DNA of 50,607 nucleotides from Salipiger bermudensis (GTDB taxonomy: Archaea > Thermoplasmatota > Poseidoniia > Poseidoniales > Poseidoniaceae), in assembly GCA_964227855.1 (NCBI GenBank), contig CAXQWT010000009.1:1-50607 (forward strand), given 5' to 3'. The notes beneath the pieces are model-generated. The model had not been told where the DNA came from. It did no database searches and saw only the letters and a program-made list of their open reading frames with translations. Every line of letters starts with the position of its first letter. The stretch's first letter is position 1. This document shows positions 29,655 to 38,234 of the stretch, piece by piece. A program made the position numbers and the translations under genes.

Positions 29655-30467
29655 CTACACAACAATTTGTAACGCTTGAACACCGTCCAAAGAAATTCTC
29701 CATGGCGCTTTTTTGGATGAACTTGTTTTTTCGATGAAGCCGTTGCTGTCGAGTGCACGGAGGTGATGAGACAGTAATTGTCTTGAGATTTCCAATTGTA
29801 TTCGAATTTCTTTTCCGCTAAGGCCAAGGGTTCCTGATTGAGACAGAACTTGTAAAATTGCCAATCGCGTTCCAACCAGGGGGCTTTTTATTGAATCGAT
29901 ATCACTCATATCAACCGTTGAAACAGCATATCGCCGTAACTTCCCATCTCGCCATGATAGGATGGAACGTTCCTTTTCGAGAATTTGTAAATGATACGCA
30001 GTCACACCATTAGCAAGTCCAAGACCGTCTCGAAGGGCTGAGAAATGGATGCCTGCATTTGCTTCTATGAATCCAAGAACACGCCCACGAGTTCGTTCAT
30101 TATCATGCTTCTTTTTTGCAACCAATGGTGTTAGGAACGCTACGATGAACAGCACGCGCATAAATTCGAAGAAGAAGGAGCCTACGAAAACAGAGGAAAG
30201 CACACCTCCGCCAATCAATACCATGAGTGGACCGCGATCGGATTCACCCTCACCTTGGAGCGGAGTCTGCTCTGGGGCAAAATCTGCCCCTGCAGGGGCG
30301 TCGTTGCTTTCAGCAGCACTTTCTTCTTCAAATGCATCAGCATTTGGTTCAGGAAGAGCCACTTCTGAAACTGCATCTACGTCATCAGAATCCATGATAG
30401 CAATTCCTGAAATCAAAGAAATGAGGCCGAGGAGAACGAGAAGTCGAAGAAGATTCACCCCTCGCAT
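29655..30467 (-). CDS. Membrane-anchored tandem winged-helix transcriptional regulator
   Basis: N-terminal signal/TM, acidic linker, TM, RGRVLGFIEANAGIHFSAL...YHLQILE and a second HTH SRQLLSHHLRAL. Confidence 0.8.
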   Translation of the reverse strand: MRGVNLLRLLVLLGLISLISGIAIMDSDDVDAVSEVALPEPNADAFEEESAAESNDAPAGADFAPEQTPLQGEGESDRGPLMVLIGGGVLSSVFVGSFFFEFMRVLFIVAFLTPLVAKKKHDNERTRGRVLGFIEANAGIHFSALRDGLGLANGVTAYHLQILEKERSILSWRDGKLRRYAVSTVDMSDIDSIKSPLVGTRLAILQVLSQSGTLGLSGKEIRIQLEISRQLLSHHLRALDSNGFIEKTSSSKKAPWRISLDGVQALQIVV

Positions 30468-30564
30468 AACTCCTGTTTTTGGTTGAACGCATATCAAATC
30501 CTTGGTAAATTGATTTGACATTCGCTTGGACATCATTATGTGCTAAAGCCGTGTACGCTCAACC

Positions 30565-31143
30565 ATGCCAGAAAATGTCGAAATCGAACGACGTTTTCTT
30601 GTTGATGGACGATACAATCGGCCATGGGTTGCGGAATCGTCGGATAAGATTTTCATCACACAATGGTATCTCGATTCGGAAGCATTCGACGCATCAGACG
30701 AAACAGGTTCGCTTTCCTATGGCAATCTTCCTTTGGTTATCGGCGTGGATCCAGAAGACTGTCGAACAATCAGTGAACATTCGAATTGGACAGTCCGCAT
30801 TCGAAGATGGAACAGCACCTATTTCTTGACGCTCAAAGGCATGCGTACAGGAGCCTCAGCAAGCGAATACGAATGGGAATTGCCATCGGGCATCGCAGCA
30901 AACATTGTTCAGGATTCCACCCATCCACACATTGAGAAGAACCGCTATCTTTGGGAAGGGGCTGATGGAATGCTCTGGGAAATTGATGAATTTGAAGGCA
31001 GTCTTTCAGGTTTAATTATCGCCGAGGTTGAACTTGAACGTGAAGATTCTGAAATACGTATACCAGAGTGGGCCGGAATGGAATTGACACACTTGAAAGG
31101 GTGGTCAAATGCCTCACTGGCCAGGATGATCAGTCATGAATAA
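30565..31143 (+). CDS. CYTH domain (adenylate cyclase/triphosphatase) protein
   Basis: EIERRFLV, VRIRR, LTLKG, EYEWE, IEKNRY, WEIDEF, IAEVEL. Confidence 0.92.
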   Translation: MPENVEIERRFLVDGRYNRPWVAESSDKIFITQWYLDSEAFDASDETGSLSYGNLPLVIGVDPEDCRTISEHSNWTVRIRRWNSTYFLTLKGMRTGASASEYEWELPSGIAANIVQDSTHPHIEKNRYLWEGADGMLWEIDEFEGSLSGLIIAEVELEREDSEIRIPEWAGMELTHLKGWSNASLARMISHE

Positions 31144-32234
31144 GATCGAAGAGCATCCACGATTCGATTGATTTCATCGACCGTCAAGCCATGATGAACA
31201 GGGATTGCAACCAGTTTTTGACACAGATTCTCGGTCGTTGAAAACCGCTCTTTGGCTTGAGGATGGTCTGCATAGACGGGATGGTGGTGGCAAGGCACAG
31301 GATAGATTTGTCGAGCATCGATGTTTTGTAAGGCCATGTGCTCAATAAACGAATCAACATCGTTTGTTTGAATACAGTATTGATGCCATGCATGTTCTGA
31401 ATCTGGACGAACCGAGGGTGCACTGAGAGCAGGAACTGATTCGAGAATTTCTGTAAACGTTGCAGCGGTTGAACGCCGTTTTGTAAGCCATTCGTCCAAG
31501 TGTTTGAGTTGTTCACGTCCAATGGCTGCAAAGACTTCCGACATGCGCATGTTGGTTCCAACCTCCTGTGATTGAAGCGTACCGTCCCTCCCATGATCGA
31601 CAATGGATTTGATTCTCGCTCCAATATCTGGATGGGCAGATGTGATCATGCCACCCTCGCCTCCTACAGCCACATTTTTGGAAGGGAAAAAAGAGAAACA
31701 GGAGACTGTACCAAGGGACCCGGCTTTCATTGATGCTCCATTGTGATGAATGCTTGCTCCATGCGCTTGAGCCGCATCTTCAATCAAAGCGAGATTGTTT
31801 TCTTCACAGAACGTGATGAGTTTAACATCGTAACATTGCCCAAACAAATGAACACCAATGACTCCTTTGGTATTCTTTGTCATCCGTCGTTTGACGTCAT
31901 CGACGTCAAGACACCAATGATCGCTTTCAACTTCAGCGAAGACAGGGGTCGCTCCAGTCATTGATACGGACGTTGCTGTTGCAATGAACGTTAGCGAAGG
32001 GACAATGACTTCGTCTCCAGGGCCGATTCCAAGAAGTCGTAATGCGGCGATGAGCGCGCCTGACCCACTGTTGCAAGGGGAAGCAAACTCAACACCGCAA
32101 TACCTTGCAAACTCTTCTGCAAACGAACGTCCCTGTGGTCCCTTAACCCAACGGCCAGAATCTAAGGTGCTCATTGCAACCTGTCGCATTTCATCAGTCC
32201 ACGATGGTCGAGCCAAGGGAATACGCTCAGGCAT
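31134..32234 (-). CDS. DegT/DnrJ/EryC1/StrS family PLP sugar aminotransferase
   Basis: GDEVIVPSLTFIAT, VHLFG, IEDAAQAHGA, FSFFPSKN, GEGG. Confidence 0.95.
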   Translation of the reverse strand: MPERIPLARPSWTDEMRQVAMSTLDSGRWVKGPQGRSFAEEFARYCGVEFASPCNSGSGALIAALRLLGIGPGDEVIVPSLTFIATATSVSMTGATPVFAEVESDHWCLDVDDVKRRMTKNTKGVIGVHLFGQCYDVKLITFCEENNLALIEDAAQAHGASIHHNGASMKAGSLGTVSCFSFFPSKNVAVGGEGGMITSAHPDIGARIKSIVDHGRDGTLQSQEVGTNMRMSEVFAAIGREQLKHLDEWLTKRRSTAATFTEILESVPALSAPSVRPDSEHAWHQYCIQTNDVDSFIEHMALQNIDARQIYPVPCHHHPVYADHPQAKERFSTTENLCQKLVAIPVHHGLTVDEINRIVDALRSYS

Positions 32235-32324
32235 GATTCGGCGAACGAATAGACCTTCAAGAGCATGCGGTTTGAACCTTCTGCGCGTCGCGCACTTCAA
32301 GACCTCAAGCGTCTCTGCTCGGTT

Positions 32325-34706
32325 ATGGTGTCTGATGAGGAGCAACCCTCTCCATCGGAATTTGCCTCTCTTGTCAATGATATTCTTGACCCGGCCGTAT
32401 CTGCGGGCCCGAAGAAGAAGTTCAAGCCGAAAGGGCTCTTTCTTGGTGAGCGAAGAGATTCGGGAGCTCCAATTGATATTCCCTCACAAGTTCTCGCCCG
32501 CCACGCAGCAATGCTTGGTTCCACAGGTTCTGGTAAAACTGTCATGGCAAAAGCACTGATTGAGGAAGCAGCCCTTGCTGGGATACCTGCTCTCATCATT
32601 GATCCGCAAGGCGACCTCGCTCGTCTTGCACTTGGAATTGATGAATCTGAGCTTCTTGAACGAGACGGAGATGTTGATCGGAAGCGCAAGTTAATGGAAA
32701 ACAGCGAGATTCGGATTTGGACCCCACTTCGTAGCAAGGGGCTACCTCTTTGCATCGACCCATTCCGAGCCCCTCCTGCTGATCTCGACCCAGAGGAAGC
32801 CATCACAGCTTGGGATATGGTCGCAGCTGGATTCACGAGCCTTGCAGGGTACGACGTCGAAAAAGCACAAGGAAAAGTCGTCAAACCGTTTCTTTACGAA
32901 ATTCTTGTTGAGGGAACGCGGTGTGGCCTAGATGTAGGAGACTTCCAATCACTTGCTCGAGTTGTTCGCGAACCTCATCACGAATTCACTCGATTTCTCT
33001 ACCCTCACTGCTTTATTGAAGATGATGAAGGAGAGAAACCCGATGTTCCAAGTTGGGATGAGGTCATGTTTGAGCATCGACTGACGGACTTTGAAGAACG
33101 ATTGCCAAAGACGACCCGCAACGATTTGGCTCGACGCTTGGCAGCATTCTCAAGCGGTGTCAATCAACTCCTGTTTTCTAATGGCGTCCCAATCGACATT
33201 GATTCATTTGTTGAGCCCGCAATTCCTGGAAAGATACCACTCAACATCGTTTATCTGAATACAATCCAAGACGAAGCACAAAAGCAGTATTTCGTCCAAG
33301 AACTTTCACGTGAATTGTACGACTGGATGTTAACACAACAACCTGCAGATGGAGAATTGAAACTCCTCTTTTTCATGGATGAAGTCGCTCCATATCTCCC
33401 TCCACATCCTCGCAATCCTCCAGCAAAAGATCTCATTAAACTCATTTTCAAGCAGGCGAGAAAGTACGGTGTTGCCTGCGTGTTGGCGACGCAGAATGTT
33501 TCGGACGTCGATTACAAAATTCTCGCTCAAGCAAATACGACGTTCATTGGGCGATTTACACAACCACAAGACGTTGAGAAGGTTCGTCACCTCCTCAAAG
33601 AGAGCGGAGGAGACCAAGATTTAGTTGCACAATTGCCAACTCTCGGCCCAGGACAATTCCAGATGGTGGCTCCGGATGTCGACCCTGCTCCCGTTCCCAT
33701 CCAGTGTCGCTGGTTGTACACCGATCACGGAGCCCCTCTCAACGAAGACCAAGTTGAGGACATTATATCGGCGGAGATACGGGCTTGGGCAAAATCACGT
33801 TCAGCAGGACGAAAAGGACGAGGTACAGGGGCTGCGCATGCTGCCAGCAGAGGTTCAAATTGGTCCAACGGAAATGACGAGGATGAATCCGAGAGTATTG
33901 TCGAAACAGCTCGAATCCAGGCCATTGGTGGAATGACAGCAGCAAGCCGTGGCATTGTTGATGAATCAGGATTTGAGGTGCGTTTAATGGGCGGGCTCTC
34001 CGTCCTCAAGGATGGAAGAGATCCTCTCTACACCATGCAGGCAGCCGTCAATAGCGCATCGGTCATCGCTCTTGCTTGGGCTTTTGTTGCTTTACTAGAA
34101 GCATGGCGCATTGGTGATATCGGGTGGTTTGGACTTGCTTCAAGCGGGATAATTACTCTAACAGTAGGCCTCTTTATTTCACTTGAATTGATTCTTTCAC
34201 ATGACCTGGTTCTGCTGAGAAAACTCGCAAAGTTTGCTCGGCTGTTCCAACTTTTCCTTGTTGCTTGGATATGGACAATCTTCTCGTGGTCAACATGGGG
34301 GTCGCTTGATTTGATGGGATTGGATCCGTTACTCGAAGTCGTTGTTGTTTGGGTGACTGTGTTTACTGGTATCGATTTCATCAACCGATTCCAGCTTGGG
34401 AAAATTCGTTGGAATGGAGGGAGCGCTTTGGATAAAGTCGTTGGATTGACAGCAATACTTACGGATTCCCAAATGTCCGAGATGCGCGCAAATTCAACAC
34501 AGATATTGGGTGTATTCCGATGGATTCTCCACGGGATAACCGTGGTTTGGTTAACAATTCTCATTGCATTTGCAACACCGTTTGAAAACGCACCAAATTG
34601 GCTTGATGAGGTATCAAACATTCACCTTTGGCTTGCTTCATTGTACGCTTTGGTCTTCTTTAGTGAAGGTTGGTTGCGTATGCGAAAGCGATATGTTGAA
34701 GCCTAA
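32325..34706 (+). CDS. HerA/FtsK-superfamily (DUF87/DUF853-like) ATPase with a C-terminal multi-pass membrane domain
   Basis: RHAAMLGSTGSGKT, IIDPQGDL, FMDEV, QARKYG, ATQNVSDVD; about 6 hydrophobic helices at the C-terminus. Confidence 0.88.
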   Translation: MVSDEEQPSPSEFASLVNDILDPAVSAGPKKKFKPKGLFLGERRDSGAPIDIPSQVLARHAAMLGSTGSGKTVMAKALIEEAALAGIPALIIDPQGDLARLALGIDESELLERDGDVDRKRKLMENSEIRIWTPLRSKGLPLCIDPFRAPPADLDPEEAITAWDMVAAGFTSLAGYDVEKAQGKVVKPFLYEILVEGTRCGLDVGDFQSLARVVREPHHEFTRFLYPHCFIEDDEGEKPDVPSWDEVMFEHRLTDFEERLPKTTRNDLARRLAAFSSGVNQLLFSNGVPIDIDSFVEPAIPGKIPLNIVYLNTIQDEAQKQYFVQELSRELYDWMLTQQPADGELKLLFFMDEVAPYLPPHPRNPPAKDLIKLIFKQARKYGVACVLATQNVSDVDYKILAQANTTFIGRFTQPQDVEKVRHLLKESGGDQDLVAQLPTLGPGQFQMVAPDVDPAPVPIQCRWLYTDHGAPLNEDQVEDIISAEIRAWAKSRSAGRKGRGTGAAHAASRGSNWSNGNDEDESESIVETARIQAIGGMTAASRGIVDESGFEVRLMGGLSVLKDGRDPLYTMQAAVNSASVIALAWAFVALLEAWRIGDIGWFGLASSGIITLTVGLFISLELILSHDLVLLRKLAKFARLFQLFLVAWIWTIFSWSTWGSLDLMGLDPLLEVVVVWVTVFTGIDFINRFQLGKIRWNGGSALDKVVGLTAILTDSQMSEMRANSTQILGVFRWILHGITVVWLTILIAFATPFENAPNWLDEVSNIHLWLASLYALVFFSEGWLRMRKRYVEA

Positions 34707-34748
34707 ATTTACAACAAACCTAAGATAGGATGTTGTGAATGGAAATCC

Positions 34749-35660
34749 ATGAATCCCCAAATTGGTGATTTTTCAGAGGATGGATACTGGATACTTACTG
34801 CTGATGGTTGGCAGCCTTCAGAGAAACAAACAGAAGCGCTTAGTCAAGGCGCAACACCCTACGATGGGACGGCTAATCAACAGGCTGCAATGGTAACGCT
34901 TACGACCGATGTTAAGAAGACCCAAAGTACCAATTTGATGAAGTACATTTTTTCCGGAGCAGTCGCCATTACACTCATTCTATTACTCATTGGTATGTAC
35001 CATGATTCATGGACTACAACCAGCGATGAGAGCCAAGAAATTGGCATGGAGGGAGGAATTGGCCTCACAGGAGTTACGTTTGATTGTTCAGAGGTTACTG
35101 GGACCGATTCGGATACTGGAGAATCAAACAAGAACATGTGCAAATTTGCCGCAGGAATGGCAACTGGTGAAATTCCAGTTTCACAAATTATAGTAGCAAA
35201 CACGGTTGAAGAACTCGTAGAAGATGTACCAGATGAAATGTCAGCAGATGTCGACACAATGTGTGCTTCATGGAAAGAGTTGAATGAAGTCCTTGATGAC
35301 TCAGAAGTCGCCGACGACATTGAATCATGTGAGGATCGTTCAACCGCTGGTTCCGTAGGAATAACGTTCTTTTGGCTATCTTTCATCACTGCGCTAGTAA
35401 CGCTCTCTGTAGTCCTCCTTACCGCAAATAAAATTGTGATTCCATATTCAATTGAGGTTGAAAAATTCGGCGTACTATCTTCAGCGATACTTGCGTTATT
35501 TGGTCTTGTTATGTGGTTACTTTTGAAGCCGGAAAACGGGGATACAAGCTTTGGTGGGGCGTTTTATCTTGCCCTCTTCAGTATTCTTTTACTCGCGGCT
35601 TTAGCAACCTTTCAATTCATACGTCCAAAAGCGATTGGAAATGTCGTACTTTTCGAATAA
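34749..35660 (+). CDS. Four-TM membrane protein, claudin/PMP22-like topology, with an N-terminal W-rich module
   Basis: TM1, W..GIGL..C..C large loop, TM2-TM3, TM4 SFGGAFYLAL; N-terminal SEDGYWILTADGWQP. Confidence 0.7.
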   Translation: MNPQIGDFSEDGYWILTADGWQPSEKQTEALSQGATPYDGTANQQAAMVTLTTDVKKTQSTNLMKYIFSGAVAITLILLLIGMYHDSWTTTSDESQEIGMEGGIGLTGVTFDCSEVTGTDSDTGESNKNMCKFAAGMATGEIPVSQIIVANTVEELVEDVPDEMSADVDTMCASWKELNEVLDDSEVADDIESCEDRSTAGSVGITFFWLSFITALVTLSVVLLTANKIVIPYSIEVEKFGVLSSAILALFGLVMWLLLKPENGDTSFGGAFYLALFSILLLAALATFQFIRPKAIGNVVLFE

Positions 35661-35724
35661 AACCAACAAGTTCTAAAACACAAATTGAGCACAATACAAT
35701 AACTCATGGCTTCTTACAGAATAC

Positions 35725-36396
35725 ATGGACAATGAAGAGTTCATCCCTCTTGCCTGGGAAGAGACGCCTTCGGGCGATATGCAACGTCTCTCGGCAGAGT
35801 TGTTAGAACTCATGCGTAAGCGAAGAACGACACGACACTTTTCAAGACGAGAAGTCCCAAAAGAATTGATTGAGCATGCTATACTGTGCGGGGGTACGGC
35901 TCCAAGTGGTGCGCACCTACAGCCGTGGACATTCGTAGCCATATCATCTCAAGAGTTGAAGCAGAAGATTCGAGACGCAGCAGAAGCCGAGGAACGAAAA
36001 ACCTACGAAGATCGAATGCCTGATGCTTGGAGAGAAGTGCTCCAACCTCTTGGTACGGATGCAGTCAAAGAACATCTTACGGATGCTCCATGGGTCATTG
36101 TTTTGTTTCGACAAACAAAGCGCCTGCGAACAAATGGAGAATGGGGCCCAACTTACTACAGTAGCGAAAGCTGCGGTATTGCTGCTGGGATGTTCATTCA
36201 CGCCATTCACAACATGGGTTTGGTAACGTTAACGCACACGCCGTCGCCAATGGGATTCTTACGGGACATTCTGAATCGGCCTGATCACGAACATGCAATG
36301 CTTGTACTTCCAGTCGGTTATCCTGCTGAAGATGCGAAAGTTCCTGATTTACAACGAAAAACGTTGGAAGAGATTGCAGTGTTCTTTGAAGGCTGA
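35725..36396 (+). CDS. Nitroreductase family, iodotyrosine deiodinase-like
   Basis: RRTTRHFS, TAPSGAHLQPW, AAEAEERKTY, LGTDAVKEHL, YSSESCGIA, TLTHTPSPM. Confidence 0.88.
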   Translation: MDNEEFIPLAWEETPSGDMQRLSAELLELMRKRRTTRHFSRREVPKELIEHAILCGGTAPSGAHLQPWTFVAISSQELKQKIRDAAEAEERKTYEDRMPDAWREVLQPLGTDAVKEHLTDAPWVIVLFRQTKRLRTNGEWGPTYYSSESCGIAAGMFIHAIHNMGLVTLTHTPSPMGFLRDILNRPDHEHAMLVLPVGYPAEDAKVPDLQRKTLEEIAVFFEG

Positions 36397-37158
36397 TCAC
36401 TTTCGAAGACCGCCGCGAGCCCATTGCGTATCAACTTCCAATTCTGGATGGTAATGCGATCGTCGTACTGCCTGACGTTGCTGCTGCACCTCATTCGTAA
36501 CGATACCATCTGGATTGTTTCGTTTTTTGTGCCAACGTTGAACGAGAAGACTTACGATGACGCTTGGAATGACAACAAGCGGTGCAAGTGAAGACTCCAA
36601 ATTGAGGTATTCCATCGGCAAATCGAGAATGATACAACCACCTACATACAACCCAATTGAAGCGAGCAGTGCAGCCACAATTGGAGGTAAAATGTGACGG
36701 AAGGACATACCAACGAAGAAGGCGATGATCGCCGTAATTCCTGGAAGCAATTCTCCGCGTTCCGGGTTGATACCGTAATTCTTCAACAACTGAATTCCGT
36801 TGGAAATGACAATAAAAACAAATCCAGTTGCGAGCAATCGAATGGACATCGAGGTAATCATGACAGCGATGATTGCGAATGCCATTGCAGAAAAGAGTTG
36901 GAATCGATCGAGTGTGACTGCAAGACCAAGTTCGAGTACGAACGGATAAAGCGTGCTTGCGGAAAGATATCCAATGGCTGCACCAGCAATGGCTGTGATC
37001 AGACTCAATCTACGATACCCCTGGACGAACAGGTAGAGGGACAAAATGACGATTGGAATCGCTGTGACATATCCACCCTCCACAATTTGTGTGATAACCG
37101 TGTCACGAATATCGTCAACGTTTGGAGCATCATCTGTCATAGCACTCATGTCTCCCAT
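36397..37158 (-). CDS. Multi-pass membrane protein (DUF4203-like)
   Basis: About 7 hydrophobic helices, GYRR after TM1. Confidence 0.75.
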   Translation of the reverse strand: MGDMSAMTDDAPNVDDIRDTVITQIVEGGYVTAIPIVILSLYLFVQGYRRLSLITAIAGAAIGYLSASTLYPFVLELGLAVTLDRFQLFSAMAFAIIAVMITSMSIRLLATGFVFIVISNGIQLLKNYGINPERGELLPGITAIIAFFVGMSFRHILPPIVAALLASIGLYVGGCIILDLPMEYLNLESSLAPLVVIPSVIVSLLVQRWHKKRNNPDGIVTNEVQQQRQAVRRSHYHPELEVDTQWARGGLRK

Positions 37159-37190
37159 ATCTAAACAGATTGTGAACTTGTTGGAGGATG

Positions 37191-37277
37191 TGGTGCAGAG
37201 GGCAGGATTCGAACCTGCGAACCGTTACGGACTGGGACCTCATCCCAGCGCCTTTGACCAAGCTGGGCGACCCCTGC
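37191..37277 (-). tRNA. tRNA-Leu(GAG), CCA encoded
   Basis: GCAGGGGTCGCCCAGCTTGGTCAAAGGCGCTGGGATGAGGTCCCAGTCCGTAACGGTTCGCAGGTTCGAATCCTGCCCTCTGCACCA: cloverleaf with variable arm, GAG anticodon. Confidence 0.95.
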
Positions 37278-37324
37278 AGCAAACTCAACGGCCACACTCG
37301 CGTATATCAACGCGCTGATTGAAT

Positions 37325-38137
37325 TCAGAAGAAGATTGAACAGCACGTGATTGAACCGTCTGCCTCACGAATCTGCCCCATGTCAAGAACCACTGGATCA
37401 AGGCCTTTTTCTTGGAGTGTTTTGAGGACGGTTGGATACCCATCTGCAACGAGAACCTTTCCGTTACTGAAACCAATCGTGTTGCACCCGTAAACCTCTT
37501 CTTCAGGCATGAGAATGACTTCACAACCCTCTGGGAGCTCGCCGAAATCCTCTGCAGTGAGGTAGCCTTCAGCGGTGAGGATGATGTTGTCAGTGGGAGT
37601 TGACGAGATCGATGTAAGGTGGAGTGCTTTCTCGGTAGGAATATTGACAATTCGCAATTCATGTCCGAGATGAGACAAGAGATCTCGCAACGTTTCAATA
37701 CCCTGTTGGTTTGTACGCTTAGAAAGTCCAACGAAGAAGATATCACCTAGTCGAAGAATATCCCCGCCGTCCATTCGCGCATCTCCAAACATGCCGCATA
37801 CTTGGAAACCATTGAGTTGGCGCGAGAGGAAATCAGCGATTGGAGGTTGCTCGGCGACGCGGGAAGGGTGGCCAGGAACTGGTAACAAAACGTGTCCATC
37901 AACGACAATGGCCTGGTCCTCAACAAAAATACAGTCAGGATGGTTGTTGTCAGCAGGAAGGATGGTGACTTCAAGGCCAATGTCCAAGAGCGCCTGTACG
38001 TAGGCAGCATGCTGTGTTTTTGCCAACGCAATATCGGTTGGCCCTGACCCAAAATAACTGGCTATGGCTTTTGAAAAGGAGTTAGGAACGGCCCTCATGA
38101 GGACACGTTGCTTTTGATCCGTTCGAACAGTAGCCAT
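37325..38137 (-). CDS. Dimethylarginine dimethylaminohydrolase (amidinotransferase superfamily)
   Basis: PDCIFVED, SRVAE, MDGGD, SKRTN, LHLTS, DGSITCCS. Confidence 0.88.
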   Translation of the reverse strand: MATVRTDQKQRVLMRAVPNSFSKAIASYFGSGPTDIALAKTQHAAYVQALLDIGLEVTILPADNNHPDCIFVEDQAIVVDGHVLLPVPGHPSRVAEQPPIADFLSRQLNGFQVCGMFGDARMDGGDILRLGDIFFVGLSKRTNQQGIETLRDLLSHLGHELRIVNIPTEKALHLTSISSTPTDNIILTAEGYLTAEDFGELPEGCEVILMPEEEVYGCNTIGFSNGKVLVADGYPTVLKTLQEKGLDPVVLDMGQIREADGSITCCSIFF

Positions 38138-38234
38138 GGTTGTTCGGCCAATCAACGTCATTTAATCCTTGGCGCAAGGATGAAATGCTCCAAAGACCAC
38201 TGAATTCAAACATGATTGGTAAGTGGAGTTTGTC

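Noticed and set aside
26376-32234. Gfo/Idh/MocA and DegT genes as a sugar-nucleotide biosynthesis cluster
   Set aside because: They may act in one pathway but are separated by unrelated genes; not a contiguous cluster
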